Below are positions 25,432-37,789 of a stretch of DNA of 64,000 nucleotides, piece by piece (within the stretch, counting starts at the first letter, position 1; every line of letters begins with the position of its first letter). The notes under the pieces are model-generated. The model saw only the letters and a list, made by a program, of their open reading frames with translations, was not told the DNA's origin and made no database searches. The stretch covers positions 9,165,612 through 9,229,611 of the forward strand of contig CM082591.2 of the NCBI GenBank assembly GCA_040954595.2. Direction: 5' to 3'. Position numbers and translations under genes: made by a program. This stretch comes from Balanoglossus misakiensis (lineage: Eukaryota > Animalia > Hemichordata).

Positions 25432-26889
25432 GACTCAATTCAAAAACACTTCTGGAGGAGTTGGGAATTTTTTAAAAGGGTGCATTTTCAAATTACTTTT
25501 GGCACATTCAAGGAAATTTCCAGTCCATTAACAAAGTAGACCTTGTGTGAATGGTTTGTGAACACATTTTGTTCTACTCATGAAAAATTTGTCCTTCCCT
25601 CACCTACAATGCCGCCAACTTGACAAGAAGAGGGTCATCATTATGCGACTATGTGTATATATTTTGTACCCATTTTGGGTCCAATACTGGATCAATTTAA
25701 CTTATAACTGTACAGGTATATATTATTTTGGTTTTGCCTAATTAAATGAGTTGAACAAAATACAAAATGTGTGAAGTTTACGTTATATGATTAATGCTCG
25801 TTGAGGTGCCTAGCATTACATGTGTGTTACCTACAGCTCAGTGAACCAGACCTTGCCATTTACACACCATGTACACATTTAACAGTAGCTTGGATAATTA
25901 GCATAAATTGCCATTTTGTTTGCTGTGTAGAATAACCATTAGTCTTCTATAGTTTGGGTTTACAGAAACTTATAACGAATTTTGTACTGTAAAAGAAAAT
26001 CAAAGTGAGACAGGAAAAAGACTATCATGACAGGAGGAGACAGCTTGATACTGCTGCCTCAATGATGGACCAGAGAGCATTGACTAGTACTTGTATTTAT
26101 TTATAAAATATGCTGTTTAAAATTGTGACATATATTTGCTTCCATCAACTGGGGAAAGTATATGGTAAAACCGTTTATTTTAACAGTTCATTCATGTATT
26201 TTGCCACATTAAAATACTACAGTCGAGCCAGTGCACATGACAGGATATGGATGTAATAGAAAAAGGGAGAAATTGTCAAAGCATTTAAACAGGCATTTCA
26301 ACTGATCCTGAATGTTGATTTTTCTTCTAAAAATAACAGTACACAATAAATTGATCATCAACTACAATATAACATAAAAACACCAAGGTACAACATCTAA
26401 GATGTCTAGGGGTGTTTTTGAAGAGAGCAATATCTAAAATTTATAATCTAAAATAGAAAAAATTATGACCTGAAATTTTTTGCTTTGGTCAGAGCGATTC
26501 TGTTAAATAAGGACATGCACCCAGGTCATGGAATTCTCCCGACATTAAAAAGGTTTTTGGCTGCCTAGGTGGGTGATAGAAATCTCACATGGTCGACACA
26601 ATTTCAAGATGGCTGATTTTTGCCATGTTTAAGGAAAAGGAGTTTATAAGCTAAAGTGATGATGGGTCATTCTGAAACTTTTTAACATAAAAAATAACCA
26701 AATGTTAAAAAAGTTTAATGGGTTTAAAATGGTAACTACAAAGACAAACATGTTTGACCCAAGGAAGTCATGAAATACAGTAAACATATCATTTCTTCTA
26801 TCTGTTACTACACTGGGTTGTCGACTTTTCGACCAGAATGCAATGTGATTTGACCCCCTAGCGCAAAGTGAAAACCTATTTAAGGCAGC

Positions 26890-29800
26890 CACAATTGGGG
26901 GTAGACATTCTGGGGCCTGAAAAAATTGTGCCCGTACTGTGAGTGACCCTCTTTGTGGTACTGATGCCCTGTTGGCATGAAAAACAGCAGGATCGGCTCT
27001 CCTTCGAATCTGGACTCTATCAAGCCTTTCCACTTCACCTGAGGGTTGGTTGAATGAAGGCAATGGTCCTAAGTTGAAGCGTGTATCACTCACGGTCCAG
27101 TAGTAATATGGTAAATCTGGGTCCACTCTTTTCGTAAATTCATTGCATATTTTTCTGGAAAAAATAATATGTATAGGAGAGTGCACCAAAATGACCCCAA
27201 GTCATAAATGAATGTAATGATAGTATACAGTTCCCTGAGCAGTGATGTGACAAGTTTTGTGATAGTTGGACATAACCGTAATGGCGCCAGTCATTTGCAT
27301 ATGAATGTGTTTTTTGGTAATTATATTCATTATAGCCAGTAATATGATGTGTTCAGGTCGGCATTGTGACTGATGACTGGTCAACATATATCACTAATTT
27401 AGGTAATTGCTTACTTGTAATTATCACGGAAAGTTTTGTGGTCAAAGACTGGACCCAGCATTGAATGAATGTGAGAAACAAATCCCTCCACATCATCTGT
27501 CGTACTAGCTCTAGGATGTTCTGGCAGCCCTCTTTGATGACGTCTCCATTCTGCACTTTCAATGTTGGCAATCAAAGCAACTATAATTTCTCTCATCAAC
27601 CCACATATACCCTTGATTGGTCTGTAAAGAATTACACGTAGTTATCAACCACTAGGCATTTATGCAAGCAAAAGCACTTCTCTGAAATATCAACCCAGTA
27701 ACAGTTTGGTAACGAGGACTATGAAACCAGCACATAAAATCAGACCTGTTTAGAAAAGAGAGGATATTTGCAGAATAAAAGACGGTCATTATTGACTTGC
27801 TGGCTTTTTGACATACCTAAGGGGATCAATAGTACTGTAATCAGGATTGTAATGATGCCAGGGCATCCAGTCAACCAAGATGGAGTTCAACATATCTTTT
27901 TTGAACTTCCTCCTTTCTTCTTTAGTAATCCCTCTGCCATCTGCTGCTTTGTGCCAGTTGCTGACAAGTTTGACAAATCTGCCTTCTTCTTCATTGCCAT
28001 CTGCTGCTTTGTGCCAGTTGCTGACAAGTTTGACAAATCTGCCTTCTTCTTCATACCCGTGTATGTAAGTCCTATCACAAAATAGACACAGAAGTTAATT
28101 TCTGAGTAGTTAAACAAAAATGTGCAGTTCCAGTGTATTATTTGTTTGTTCTGTATTCAAAGTGCGGTTACTGCATTGCATAAAGGATTTTGAAAATATT
28201 AGGAAACACATGAAAATGTCAAAATTAGTAATTCTCCCTTTTAAGTTTTATTCACTGCTTATGGCCAACCCCACTGAATGGAAATATGATAATTGCCTTA
28301 AACAACAAAATGGGTCATTGCATTTGACATGCATTGCATCACAGGGAAGGTCTGACACAAAGTGCAAGATTCAAGTTACATGAGTTTGTCAATGTTTATT
28401 AAAGAAAATGAATGTAAATATATTTACACACCTGGAGTGCTTCAACAAATTTTCTGACATCAATGTTGGGTATCGTACCAGCACGGACACAGGAAGCTAT
28501 TCTCTCCAGCACATGACAGTGGTCCTCTCTAGCATGTTCTACAATTCCAGTATGGGATTCAAGGACATAAAGATGCTTTAGAAAAATCTACACCATCAGC
28601 CTTTAATACCTTGATTTTGTGGCAGAATAAATAGATGGTAAACAAAGCCTTCAAACAGTCTGACATGGTCTCCGGTTTACCTGAAATGTAATAGTAAAAT
28701 GCTGTCACAGTCTTTATAGCCCCATGAACTGTAAACTATATTTAGATATTAGTAATAGTAGTTGAACTTGGTGTTCTTACTTATAGAGGACTGAAAGTTG
28801 CAAGTTGTAATTTTATCAAAAACAAAAGATAATTAAATCGTGGCTCAAATACCCATTAAATCGTCACAAGCAATTAATAAGTTTATGCATAATTTATGAG
28901 TTGGATAATGTTTAAACAGTTGCAGTTGATGGGTGTTTAAATTTATGGAAACAATTGCTTTTGGCAAGCAAAAAATTAAACATGTTACTAACCAGCAATC
29001 CAAGGAAGAGGGTCATATCCATGAGGAAACAGTCTTCTCTTCAATATCATGATGGCATCTTCGAAACTGCAGTTGTTGTCACTCATGAATGTTGCTAACC
29101 ATTCAACATCGGTTCTTGGTACCGCTGGATGTATTAATAATGGCTGTACACACTCTCCGTTACCTATATTTATGAAAACATTCTAAATTTTTAACCCAAA
29201 TTGTTAAGCTCAACACATTCTTTGTTTCAATCAAGAATCTTCTAAAAAATCCCCTGAAACACAAAGAGTGTGCAATGCCATTTAGAACTATCAAGAAACA
29301 AAAACCATCTGTTTGAAAAACTCACTTTTAGGTGTAAGATACTGCGCTATTTGCGAATATGTTGTATTTGCTTCCGTTCTGGCCAGCTTGATTATTTCTA
29401 CAATTGAAATTGGAAAATTATCTCTTCCTCGTGTCCTGAGGGAGTTGAACTCTCCATCGGTAGTAAATCCTAAAATGTAAAAAAAAAATTTAAAAAAAAT
29501 GTATGTTGCCATGTGAATAAAGAAACAAACAGATCTTGCAATTTTGACTTGTTCATGACTTGATGTACAGCCATGGTTAAAATTATACCTCACATATGGT
29601 ATATGATAAAATCTGTTTAGCCTTGATACATATTGTGGCACGCAGCACCTCTAGTGCAAAAATAGTTATTGGGACAATATTAGCCTAGAACCATGGGATA
29701 CATGTATAGAAGTCTTAACTGAAAATACTAACCAACCACAGTCATTCCAAGGCTTTCCTTTTTCGGTCTAAGTTCCTCTTTCAGCTGTCTCATTTTCTCA

Positions 29801-30319
29801 TCGGCTATTGTCTGAGTTGGAAGAACTCGTACAGGGACTGCATATGGCTTGTAGTTACGTCTTTCATCAGAAACCATAAACACCAAAAGATGGCTAGCAG
29901 CTTCTCTTTTCTTCATTAACAGTCCTTTGGTGTAGTCCAGCAAAGTTTCTTTGACTTGAGGTAGCTCCAGTCTGACATTGACATTGTCATTCTCTTGGAA
30001 TTGTTGGAACTTGTCTATTAATGACAACCGCGTGTCCGACAGTTGCTTATATCCCTCAATTCCCAGGCTAAAGCAAAAAATGCCTCTTCTCTCACTCGTA
30101 GCTGTCTCTGTTTTTTCTTGTACTCTGTCTGTGCTTTCTCATACCCTTCATGCAGGAACTCGTTGTCTTCATCCAAGGAAGCTATTAATACTTCCACATC
30201 TTGCTGAAAAGTGTTCAAAACTGCCTAGTTCCCTTTCCCAATTGATTTGATGAAATCTACTTTCCTTCTGTATCTTTCATACAAGGTTTGCAGTGACCTG
30301 TCCCCTGTGTCAACATCTC
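26890..30319 (-). pseudogene. Degenerate multi-exon P-element-superfamily (P/THAP9/Galileo-like) DDE transposase
   Basis: Seven GT-AG exons: 30319-29733, 29469-29326, 29163-28993, 28680-28432, 28071-27817, 27621-27415 and 27154 to about 26890. Motifs occur in P-transposase order: GDVD.G (cf. GFVDxG), ASHLLVFMV...PV (cf. AxxxLVFM..PV), GMTVVGFTTDG (second catalytic D), EDHCHVL.RI (D(2)H) and STTDDVEGF (cf. SQDxxExFF, catalytic E). Frameshifts, stops, a deletion and a 60-bp duplication are present. Confidence 0.65.
27935..28054. repeat. Perfect 60-bp tandem duplication inside a transposase exon
   Basis: tgccatctgctgctttgtgccagttgctgacaagtttgacaaatctgccttcttcttcat occurs twice, duplicating EEEGRFVKLVSNWHKAADG. 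Confidence 0.95.
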
Positions 30320-30689
30320 CTGAAATTGATTCACAAATTTAAACAAAACATATCACACAACAACAACCACAAACTCAAATTATGACCCACATGATAAGCT
30401 ATCAAACCATTATAAACAAACAAAAAAACAAAATTCACTTCAATAAAGGAATAGGAATTTATAAGAAAAAATAAATAGAAATGTGTAGAAACTGTACAAA
30501 TTATAAATGCAGAAAATATCTGATGTGTGTTCTGAATATGTATTTTAAATGAACATATTTACCTAAACTGGGGCCATGCAACTATTAATTCCACTGATTC
30601 AAATAATGCAATATCTGCCCAAAGCATTTTATTCTTGATTTGGACATTTCGAAAAATGCATTTTACCTGAACAAACATGACAATGCTAA

Positions 30690-30850
30690 AGGTATATGGT
30701 CATCTATGCACATATACCTACGGTTACCATGGCAAATTGAGCTTAAGCCAATCACAGATTTTCAGTGCGTGGCACACGCGAAAAAAGAGCGCCGCCTTAT
30801 GTTCTTTAGAACACTCAAGTACGCCATTTCTGACATATATGGGCGTATGT
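30690..30850. repeat. Dispersed repeat fragment (inverted copy at about 995-1170)
   Basis: catacgcccatatatg...aaatggcgta.ttgag.gttcta.agaac is shared. Confidence 0.6.
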
Positions 30851-31225
30851 AAATTGGAGGTGACTGTATACCTGTAATGTTGACCACTGAATTTTAGTCT
30901 CCTCCAAATGTCAATTGTAAAATAACACATTAAAAGGTGAAATAATCAATGAAAGTTATTGCCACTGTCCCTCTAAGTATTTTGTCCAGACTGAAAATTC
31001 AATTATAATTTTCATGTCGCCACTGACATTTAAGGAACTTCTTCAAATTGATTTTAAAACTGAAAGACAAACTAGAGAAGGGTACAAATATTGAAAGCAA
31101 ATTCTTAAAACCTAGATATGGGTTTGAACAATCCAGCGACTTTCAGCCAGAGTATGTTATTAACATTTTATTCAAGTTTTGATTAAAATCACTTCAGAAA
31201 CTCTTGACAAATAATAAACACATTG

Positions 31226-33800
31226 TATAAATAATGTTATCACATACATAGACCTAGTTATCCCTATAGTGTGACGTCACACTATAGGGTTATGACCTCG
31301 ACGAATGCAGATTACACATGTGTTGAATATGCATGCCCGAACTATTTTCTTTATGTAAACAAACAAAAATCAGCTGTTCTCGATCTGAAATATGTCCGAT
31401 ACCCAAAAGCGGGAGGGTTATGAAGCACAGGGAAATATGGGGTAATAAAGCACATGTTTTATATGTAAAATGAGCATGTTACCGGACATTTTTGTTCATT
31501 TTAGTTGGGGCGGGAAAATTTGTAGTCTGCTGTTGGTACGATCAGTCAGACGACAGAGCATCATGTCGGCATCACGTCACATAAATATCACCAGCGATCA
31601 AATTGACAACTTCATCGCCAATCAACGCCGGAAAAACACTGTTAAAGCAACAGCCACTTCAGTTAAGCAATTTAGGACATTTTTACGTAGTATAGAGTGT
31701 GATCAAGTGGAAGACTTTCATCAGTTGCCACCAGAAATTCTCGATCAACACCTTGCCAAGTTTTTTGTCGGGGCTCGACAGGTAGACGGCGGCGAATATG
31801 AGCCTGACACTCTAACCAGTTATCAACGCGGCATCGATCGCTATTTGACGGAGCAAGGGTGTCGGTATTCGATCTGTAGAGACATTATTTTAAAGAAATC
31901 TCAAGATGCTCTCAGAGCAAAGCGATGCGACTTAAAATCGAAAGGTAAAGGGAAATAAATCCCGAGCTGCCGAACCGCTGACTGACGACGACATCCAGCT
32001 TATGCGAGACAAGAACATTCTCGGCAACCACAGCCCAGAATCGGTCCTGTATACCGTGTGGTGGAATAACACTAAATTGCTTGGGTTTAGAGCCTGCGAT
32101 GAAAACAGAGAATTATGCTGGGGTGACATCGATCTGAAAACCATCACGGCCGGTAGAGAATATTTGGAATTCAGCGAACGAGACAACAAAACACGCAGTG
32201 GCCAATATGGCAACGTTCGTCCGTACGCACCAAAAATGTTCGCGATTGAAGACAAATCCATCTGTCCCGTCGAAACATACAAAATATGCCGAGCTCACCG
32301 CCCAGACGACATGTGTGAAGTTTATTGTCCATTCTACCTGGCCATAAATTATAATCCGAGCACCGAAATATGGTATAAACGACAACCAATAGGTAAAAAC
32401 AAGTTGGAAAGCATCGTAAAGACGATCACAGAACGGGCAGGAATCAAGGGCCGGAAAACTAACCACAGCGCACGCAAGACCGCGATCCAGAAGCTGAGTG
32501 AGCACGGCATAGCCCCAACCCAAATCATGCAGCTTTCCGGTCATAGAAACGTCCAATCTATAAATTCGTACGCGGTGAACTCTTTGCAGCAGCAAGAAAT
32601 GATGTCGGACATATTGACCGGAGCTGAGGCCGGGAGTCAACTTGTACCGTGCCGGGGCCAACCGTTCACTGCTGCCAGGCCACCACCTCTATCCATATCG
32701 GACAACAACATCGACCCAACAGCGAATTCCCTGGCTTCTGCGGCAGGCGGGATGTTTTCTGGTGCCTCTCTGACAAATTGCAAGTTAAGCGTCACGCTTA
32801 ACATCGCCGGGGCGTCGAGCAGCACAGCCTGCAGTCAACACGTCGAGCCGCGGAGAAAGCGACGACCGTTCGTCATTTCAGATAGCAGTGACGACACCTC
32901 TCTAGACGTAAAACGTAGGAGAAATGCCATTGTATTCCGATCCCAGGCCCCAAGCGACGACAGTTCACAGGATTTCCAGTAAAATTTGACATTGAATAAC
33001 TCTTGTTCAAATTGTTGTTTTGAATATTCCAGCTGAAGTTATTATAAATATTTTCGGTTTCCACGCCGCAACTTCTCTGTTTCGTTCATCTTTGATAAAA
33101 TTTGCGTTAAGATTTTAAACTGACACGTCTTCAATATAAATATTAAACAACCATTTTATTGCTAAATATTTCACAAATTTAAAATTACTAGTAATATGTT
33201 ACTTGCAATTTCTTTCCGAACTGAAGTCAATGAAAATATTCAGTTTTTGCTAATGTCCGTTGTCAACAATGACGCCGCGAAGCTAATACTAGTAACCTTT
33301 GTTGTTTTCTGAATTCGTCGTGTTATCAGTGTTTTCATGAGTATTTACCTACCAAATAAATATCTTCAGTTGAAGTGAAACTTCTTGTCTCTTGTAATTC
33401 GTATGATTTCACACAGGAATTATCCAAATAGTACGTAAATCCTAACATTCAAGGGCCGTTAGCCAACTGTAACAGCTGACCGCGGTTGAACGTCCGGTTC
33501 CATGTGACCCCGACCGCATAATATGACCCGTCGATCCTTAGAAAATAGTGCCATCTTTTTTTCGCGGAAATGTTTTAAATTCACGATGAAACTCATTTTA
33601 ATGGAAACTGGGCCTATGTATGTGATAAACATATAATTCCCCCGCATTCCTCACTCGTGTGTCTGCGTCGCGAACTCGTGATTCCCCGTATAGCTGTATC
33701 CCTCCTTGCCTGCGGCTCGGAGGGATACGGCCGCTATGCGGGGAATCACTCGTCCGCGACGCAGACACACTCGTTCGAAATACGGGGGAATTATATATAA
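31226..33800 (+). mobile_element. Crypton (CryptonA-like) tyrosine-recombinase DNA transposon, ~2.6 kb
   Basis: Contains a YR ORF. The left-end 23-mer ttatcacatacatagacctagtt (31237-31259) is inverted at 33606-33628. Terminal 166-bp hairpin at 33631-33796. Short direct repeat tataa at both ends. Confidence 0.85.
31563..32982 (+). pseudogene. Crypton tyrosine recombinase (DUF3504 / ZMYM-QRICH1-KIAA1958-like), one +1 frameshift at about 31950
   Basis: N-terminal part NTVKAT...LDQHLAKFFVGARQVDGGEYEPDTL..YQRGIDRYL. C-terminal part has catalytic R (GFRA), K (KTR), HxxR (NHSARKT), H (SGHRN) and Y (INSYA). Removing one G at aaagggaaat joins the two ORFs as GKGNKSRAAEPLT. Confidence 0.9.
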
Positions 33801-34780
33801 CTGTAATCTGCATGCAATACTCATCATACTTGTATCAGACTCAAATATTTACAAAATCAAAACATACGCAAAATTACATACATTTAATGAAGCTGTTCAT
33901 TTCATATTGCTGGTTGGCATGTATCAATTACTCGCTTATCACAACCAAATTTATTTCTGGTAAAGATTACTGTAAAACAGGTTATTTTTACGGAAATTTT
34001 CATGATATCAAAAGAGGCAACTGTTACACGAGGTATAATTTTAACGTTCTCTTATTTTTACTGCATCGTTATATCCAGAAAACATTTTATGCAACTTTTT
34101 ATTTTCACATTTTATGGCTTTCGCGTGTTTCCTGAAAAGTAATTGCTCGCAAAAATAACCCATTTTACAGTATCTCCTTAACAGTCCATTTATATGTATT
34201 ATTAATGAACAGTCAAGTCAGCACACAAGTTGTCATTCTATGACAATAAATTGAATACTACAGAAAATGTCACTCCACACGTACCTTACATGTATATACC
34301 AACCTACAGACCAAGTGTTTACTGACTATGATAATAACTTTCTACGTAGGTCTACAAATCAATAGATATGAAGGATTTTTTTTCTTCAAAAATATGAGCA
34401 TGACATCAAACTTTCACCATGTCACCATGTCACCATGGAGATGGTCAGGATTTTTGCAATGACAAAACATAAACATGACATGATGCATACATCATAGTAT
34501 AGTTTTCTATCCTTGTGCATAGTCAAAAATAACTTGTGTGAGCCACTATAATTTTGTTACTGTCATATAACAAACTGCCCAGTTGAATCTATCATGCTGA
34601 ATTAGCCATTGTGATTTTCAGATATAATTTGCATACAACGTTAAACGTGAACAGAAACAGATCAAACTCCATTATTGGCCAGAATGACTCACATGTCAGG
34701 AAATGGTCAAACCAACTCTTGCCTGGTCACATGATCCGTGCATATGCTTTTTGGCTGGTCCCGATCGTTAAACAAACACA

Positions 34781-35173
34781 TAGTCTCGGTTACCCAGACC
34801 CCTCTGCTTCTTCCGTTGGGCACTCCGGAAAGAGGGTCGGGGGAAATGCAATATAAAAATCTCCGGGCAGAGATAGCTGACTTGAGACAAAAGCGATGCA
34901 TGATGGTCGATATTTGTAACATTTGATATAATGATATGACGATGTTAGAAAACTATCTACCGAACTTCTCTCTCTCTCTCTTTTCAATTTGTAGACAGTT
35001 TTAGCAGGTCCAGCACTTCTCAGCATGTTTTATTATGTTTGAGGCTGCACCCATCATGCATCGCTTTTGTCTCAAGTCGGCCATCTTTGCCCGGAGATTT
35101 GTCTATGGTGTTTCCCCAGACCCTCTTTATGGAGAGACCAACGGAAGAAGCAGACGGGTCTGGGTAACCGAGA
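34781..35173. mobile_element. Academ-type MITE (truncated copy at 40800-41090)
   Basis: tagtctcggttacccagacc...ggtctgggtaaccgaga with long imperfect TIRs. Confidence 0.7.
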
Positions 35174-35546
35174 GGTGGGGCGGTGGCTTTGGACATGACA
35201 TTATTTTCCTACAATAGTTTTATTAAGAAAGCCTGTTTTCTGCTCAATATTTTCCAGTGATACTCAAAATTCTGGTTATAGATGAAAGTCTTTGGCTCAT
35301 ATAAATGTGCTGTGAAAGAACATAATACGTACATTACAGAGAATTGTACCTTATTTTTTATTTCCGTTGAAATCCATAGAAGTGAAAACTGCAGTGTACA
35401 AATTGCTACATTACGTAAATATGTATGTATGCGAGTTTTATACGAAAAGTGCATTCTATCACTTGGTTAATAATGTCCCAGGATGTCCTTGAAGAGAATG
35501 ACTAGTCTAACTTCTTTCCGGGAGTGGATGCAACGATCGATGCTAT

Positions 35547-35885
35547 TTACTTTTTGAGGTAGTTCTCTGCACCTTTGGCCGTACCAATGCATGACCCACC
35601 AGACACGTAGTTGACAAATGGGTGACTGGTCACGCCGCTCCCTGCCTTCAGAGCGCCACCTACGGTCTTATTTCCACTAACGGGGATGCTGTGGTCTGCA
35701 GTCCACTTTCTGGACATGCGCGCGTCAGTTGCCACGGCTCCCGACGATGGAGTACTGTGAACCAAATACCGGTTTCCGCGGTCAGTGGTGAGTTGAACCC
35801 CGTGGTGTTGGGCCGGCCCACCGCCACCCTGTTTCGGCCGACTAACCGCTTGAGCAGAAATAATCCGTTCGTTCCTCCAAGACAT
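35547..35885 (-). CDS. Small (112 aa) permuted NlpC/P60 papain-like protein (LRAT/H-box..Cys type), single coding exon
   Basis: MSWRN...SRP...AQHHGVQLTTDRGNRYLVH...NYVSGGSCIGTA shows HxGV, LVH and Y(5)C in permuted His-His-Cys order. A strong splice acceptor (ttttcactttatcag) lies 14 nt before the ATG. GC content is higher than in the flanks. Confidence 0.7.
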   Translation of the reverse strand: MSWRNERIISAQAVSRPKQGGGGPAQHHGVQLTTDRGNRYLVHSTPSSGAVATDARMSRKWTADHSIPVSGNKTVGGALKAGSGVTSHPFVNYVSGGSCIGTAKGAENYLKK

Positions 35886-36007
35886 GTTTTTCGGTTTCCT
35901 GATAAAGTGAAAATAAAGTGTACACACTCAACATTTCTCAAGCTTAACCCCTTTCACCACCATGGTCAAGTCCAAATACATTGTTTTCTATAGAAAGGTT
36001 GGACCAT

Positions 36008-36518
36008 TAAAGGCACGTAAGCTGCAACTGGATAAAAAAATAAAGTTTTAAATAATCTCATATATGCTTTTAATTATGTCTATTAAATGCTATTTCATGA
36101 TAATATATCAAGCTCAACACTTGTTTATGACAAAATGGCCAAAAATTAAAGAAAAACGAAAATTCCTGCAATTTTTAAAAAAGTGCAATATTGCAATGAA
36201 AAATGAACATCTGATGTCTCAGTGGTGTACATTTACTTCCATGAGCTCAAGTGGATGAGATCATGTTTTGTTTATGAAGTTTCACAACCGGAAATGCGAC
36301 ATTCTCATTGTTTCTTGCATTTTCCCACAGTGGCGGCCATAATCGCTTGCGGCAAAGCTTTATTATTTATCTGGTTAAAACTTGCATATGAACTCATATT
36401 TAGGGTTTATAGTGCTTGTGTATTGTTCACTGCCTTCATCTGCATGGACTAATGGTAGTGCTGTTTGAAACAAAAATTATGAAAATTATCCCAAAAGTTA
36501 CAGCTTACGTGCCTTTAA
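36008..36518. mobile_element. TTAA-flanked Kolobok-type MITE
   Basis: ttaa|aggcacgtaagctgcaact...agttacagcttacgtgcct|ttaa. Confidence 0.75.
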
Positions 36519-37789
36519 TGAGGTAACTGGGGGTAAACAGGATAATGTTTCAATATTTCTTTCAACAGAACTGTTAAAGCAATGCGCGTAAGTCTATGGT
36601 GGTTTTCTGGATATCTAGAGAGCCAGTTGTTTGCCATTGGGACCACATGCACCAATGATCCCAATCTGACTGAAATCAGATGTAGCGTTGGCTCGAGTTT
36701 CACCTTGCTGATTATTGGCTTTTCTGTTCCCGGATGTACGCCAACCTTACATCTGATTTTAATCAGATTGCAATAAACCTGCTATTTTGCGCGTGATCGG
36801 ACACATTTTGTTACATCCTCAGATGCGTTTGTTAATACATCACTGGTGGGATTGTTTGTGTTCGATTTTTTTCTCTGATGTGTTGTTTTGATTTCCTTCT
36901 TTTGCGGTGCATCGTAAGACGTAATCCGGATATCCATGGCACTTTCGGGAGATAGCAAACAGACCGGCAACGACATATTTCGACATTAACGGGGAGGGAA
37001 GGTGCCAGTGTCTGAGGTGTTAATTTGATTTGAGTTGATTTGAGTTGTTATTTAGGATTGTGCAAAATTAAAGGGACAACGTCCCTTTCTTACCGTCCTT
37101 TTTCCATTAATTGTGTTTGATACTAGACACCGTTCACTTAATGTTATTCTACCGGGTATATGTGGATATATAGTGAATCAACGTTCGGCCACACACAACT
37201 TCCATCCCGTTTTTATGATATGAGAGTAAAAATCTCGCCAAAATGAATAAACGGTAGAGACCAATTGCACATAGGCATATGCCTTATACCTTCTCTTGTA
37301 AAAGAACCACAGTCAAGGATTTTGTGCACAGGGGTACTACCGCTACCAGGACAAAACCCAAATATTTTGGTAATTTTGGCAATGACCTTTGACCTAGTTT
37401 TGACACATTATTTTCTGCATATCAAATTCCAGGCAAAGCAATATGGCTAGATAGGGCTCACAAGCATTGTGGGGACTGTCATATTAATAATCGAGTTTTG
37501 TCATAAGCATAGTGGGGTCTGTCATAATGGTGTTTTATTATATAACAGGCCTAAACCAGCCCAAGAGGCAGTTTTGGCGTTCCATATAAGTCTATGTCAA
37601 ACTTCTCCATTTCAGTTAAATGTGCAAAATGGGGGCGTTAAAAAGTACGGGTTAAGGCCCTAGAACAAGATATCCACTCTTTGAAATCTTTTTCGGGTTA
37701 TTTTTGTTCTTTTATCTAGCTTAGTTTATTTTTGTTGTAAAATACATGGTTTATAGACTTGAGTTAATTCACTGGTCAAGACGTTTTCT

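Noticed and set aside
26644-26889. Hydrophobic C-terminal extension of the transposase ORF
   Set aside because: Read-through into a dispersed repeat also present at 7325-7760.
30563-30667. Possible further upstream transposase exon
   Set aside because: Splice-like ends exist, but no frame gives a recognisable motif.
33598-34135. ORFs on both strands at 33598-33813 and 33659-34135
   Set aside because: Artefacts of the GC-rich terminal palindrome and an adjacent MITE.
34285-34303. 19-nt micro-exon candidate for the VWC gene
   Set aside because: No cysteine pattern; such AG/GT pairs arise by chance.
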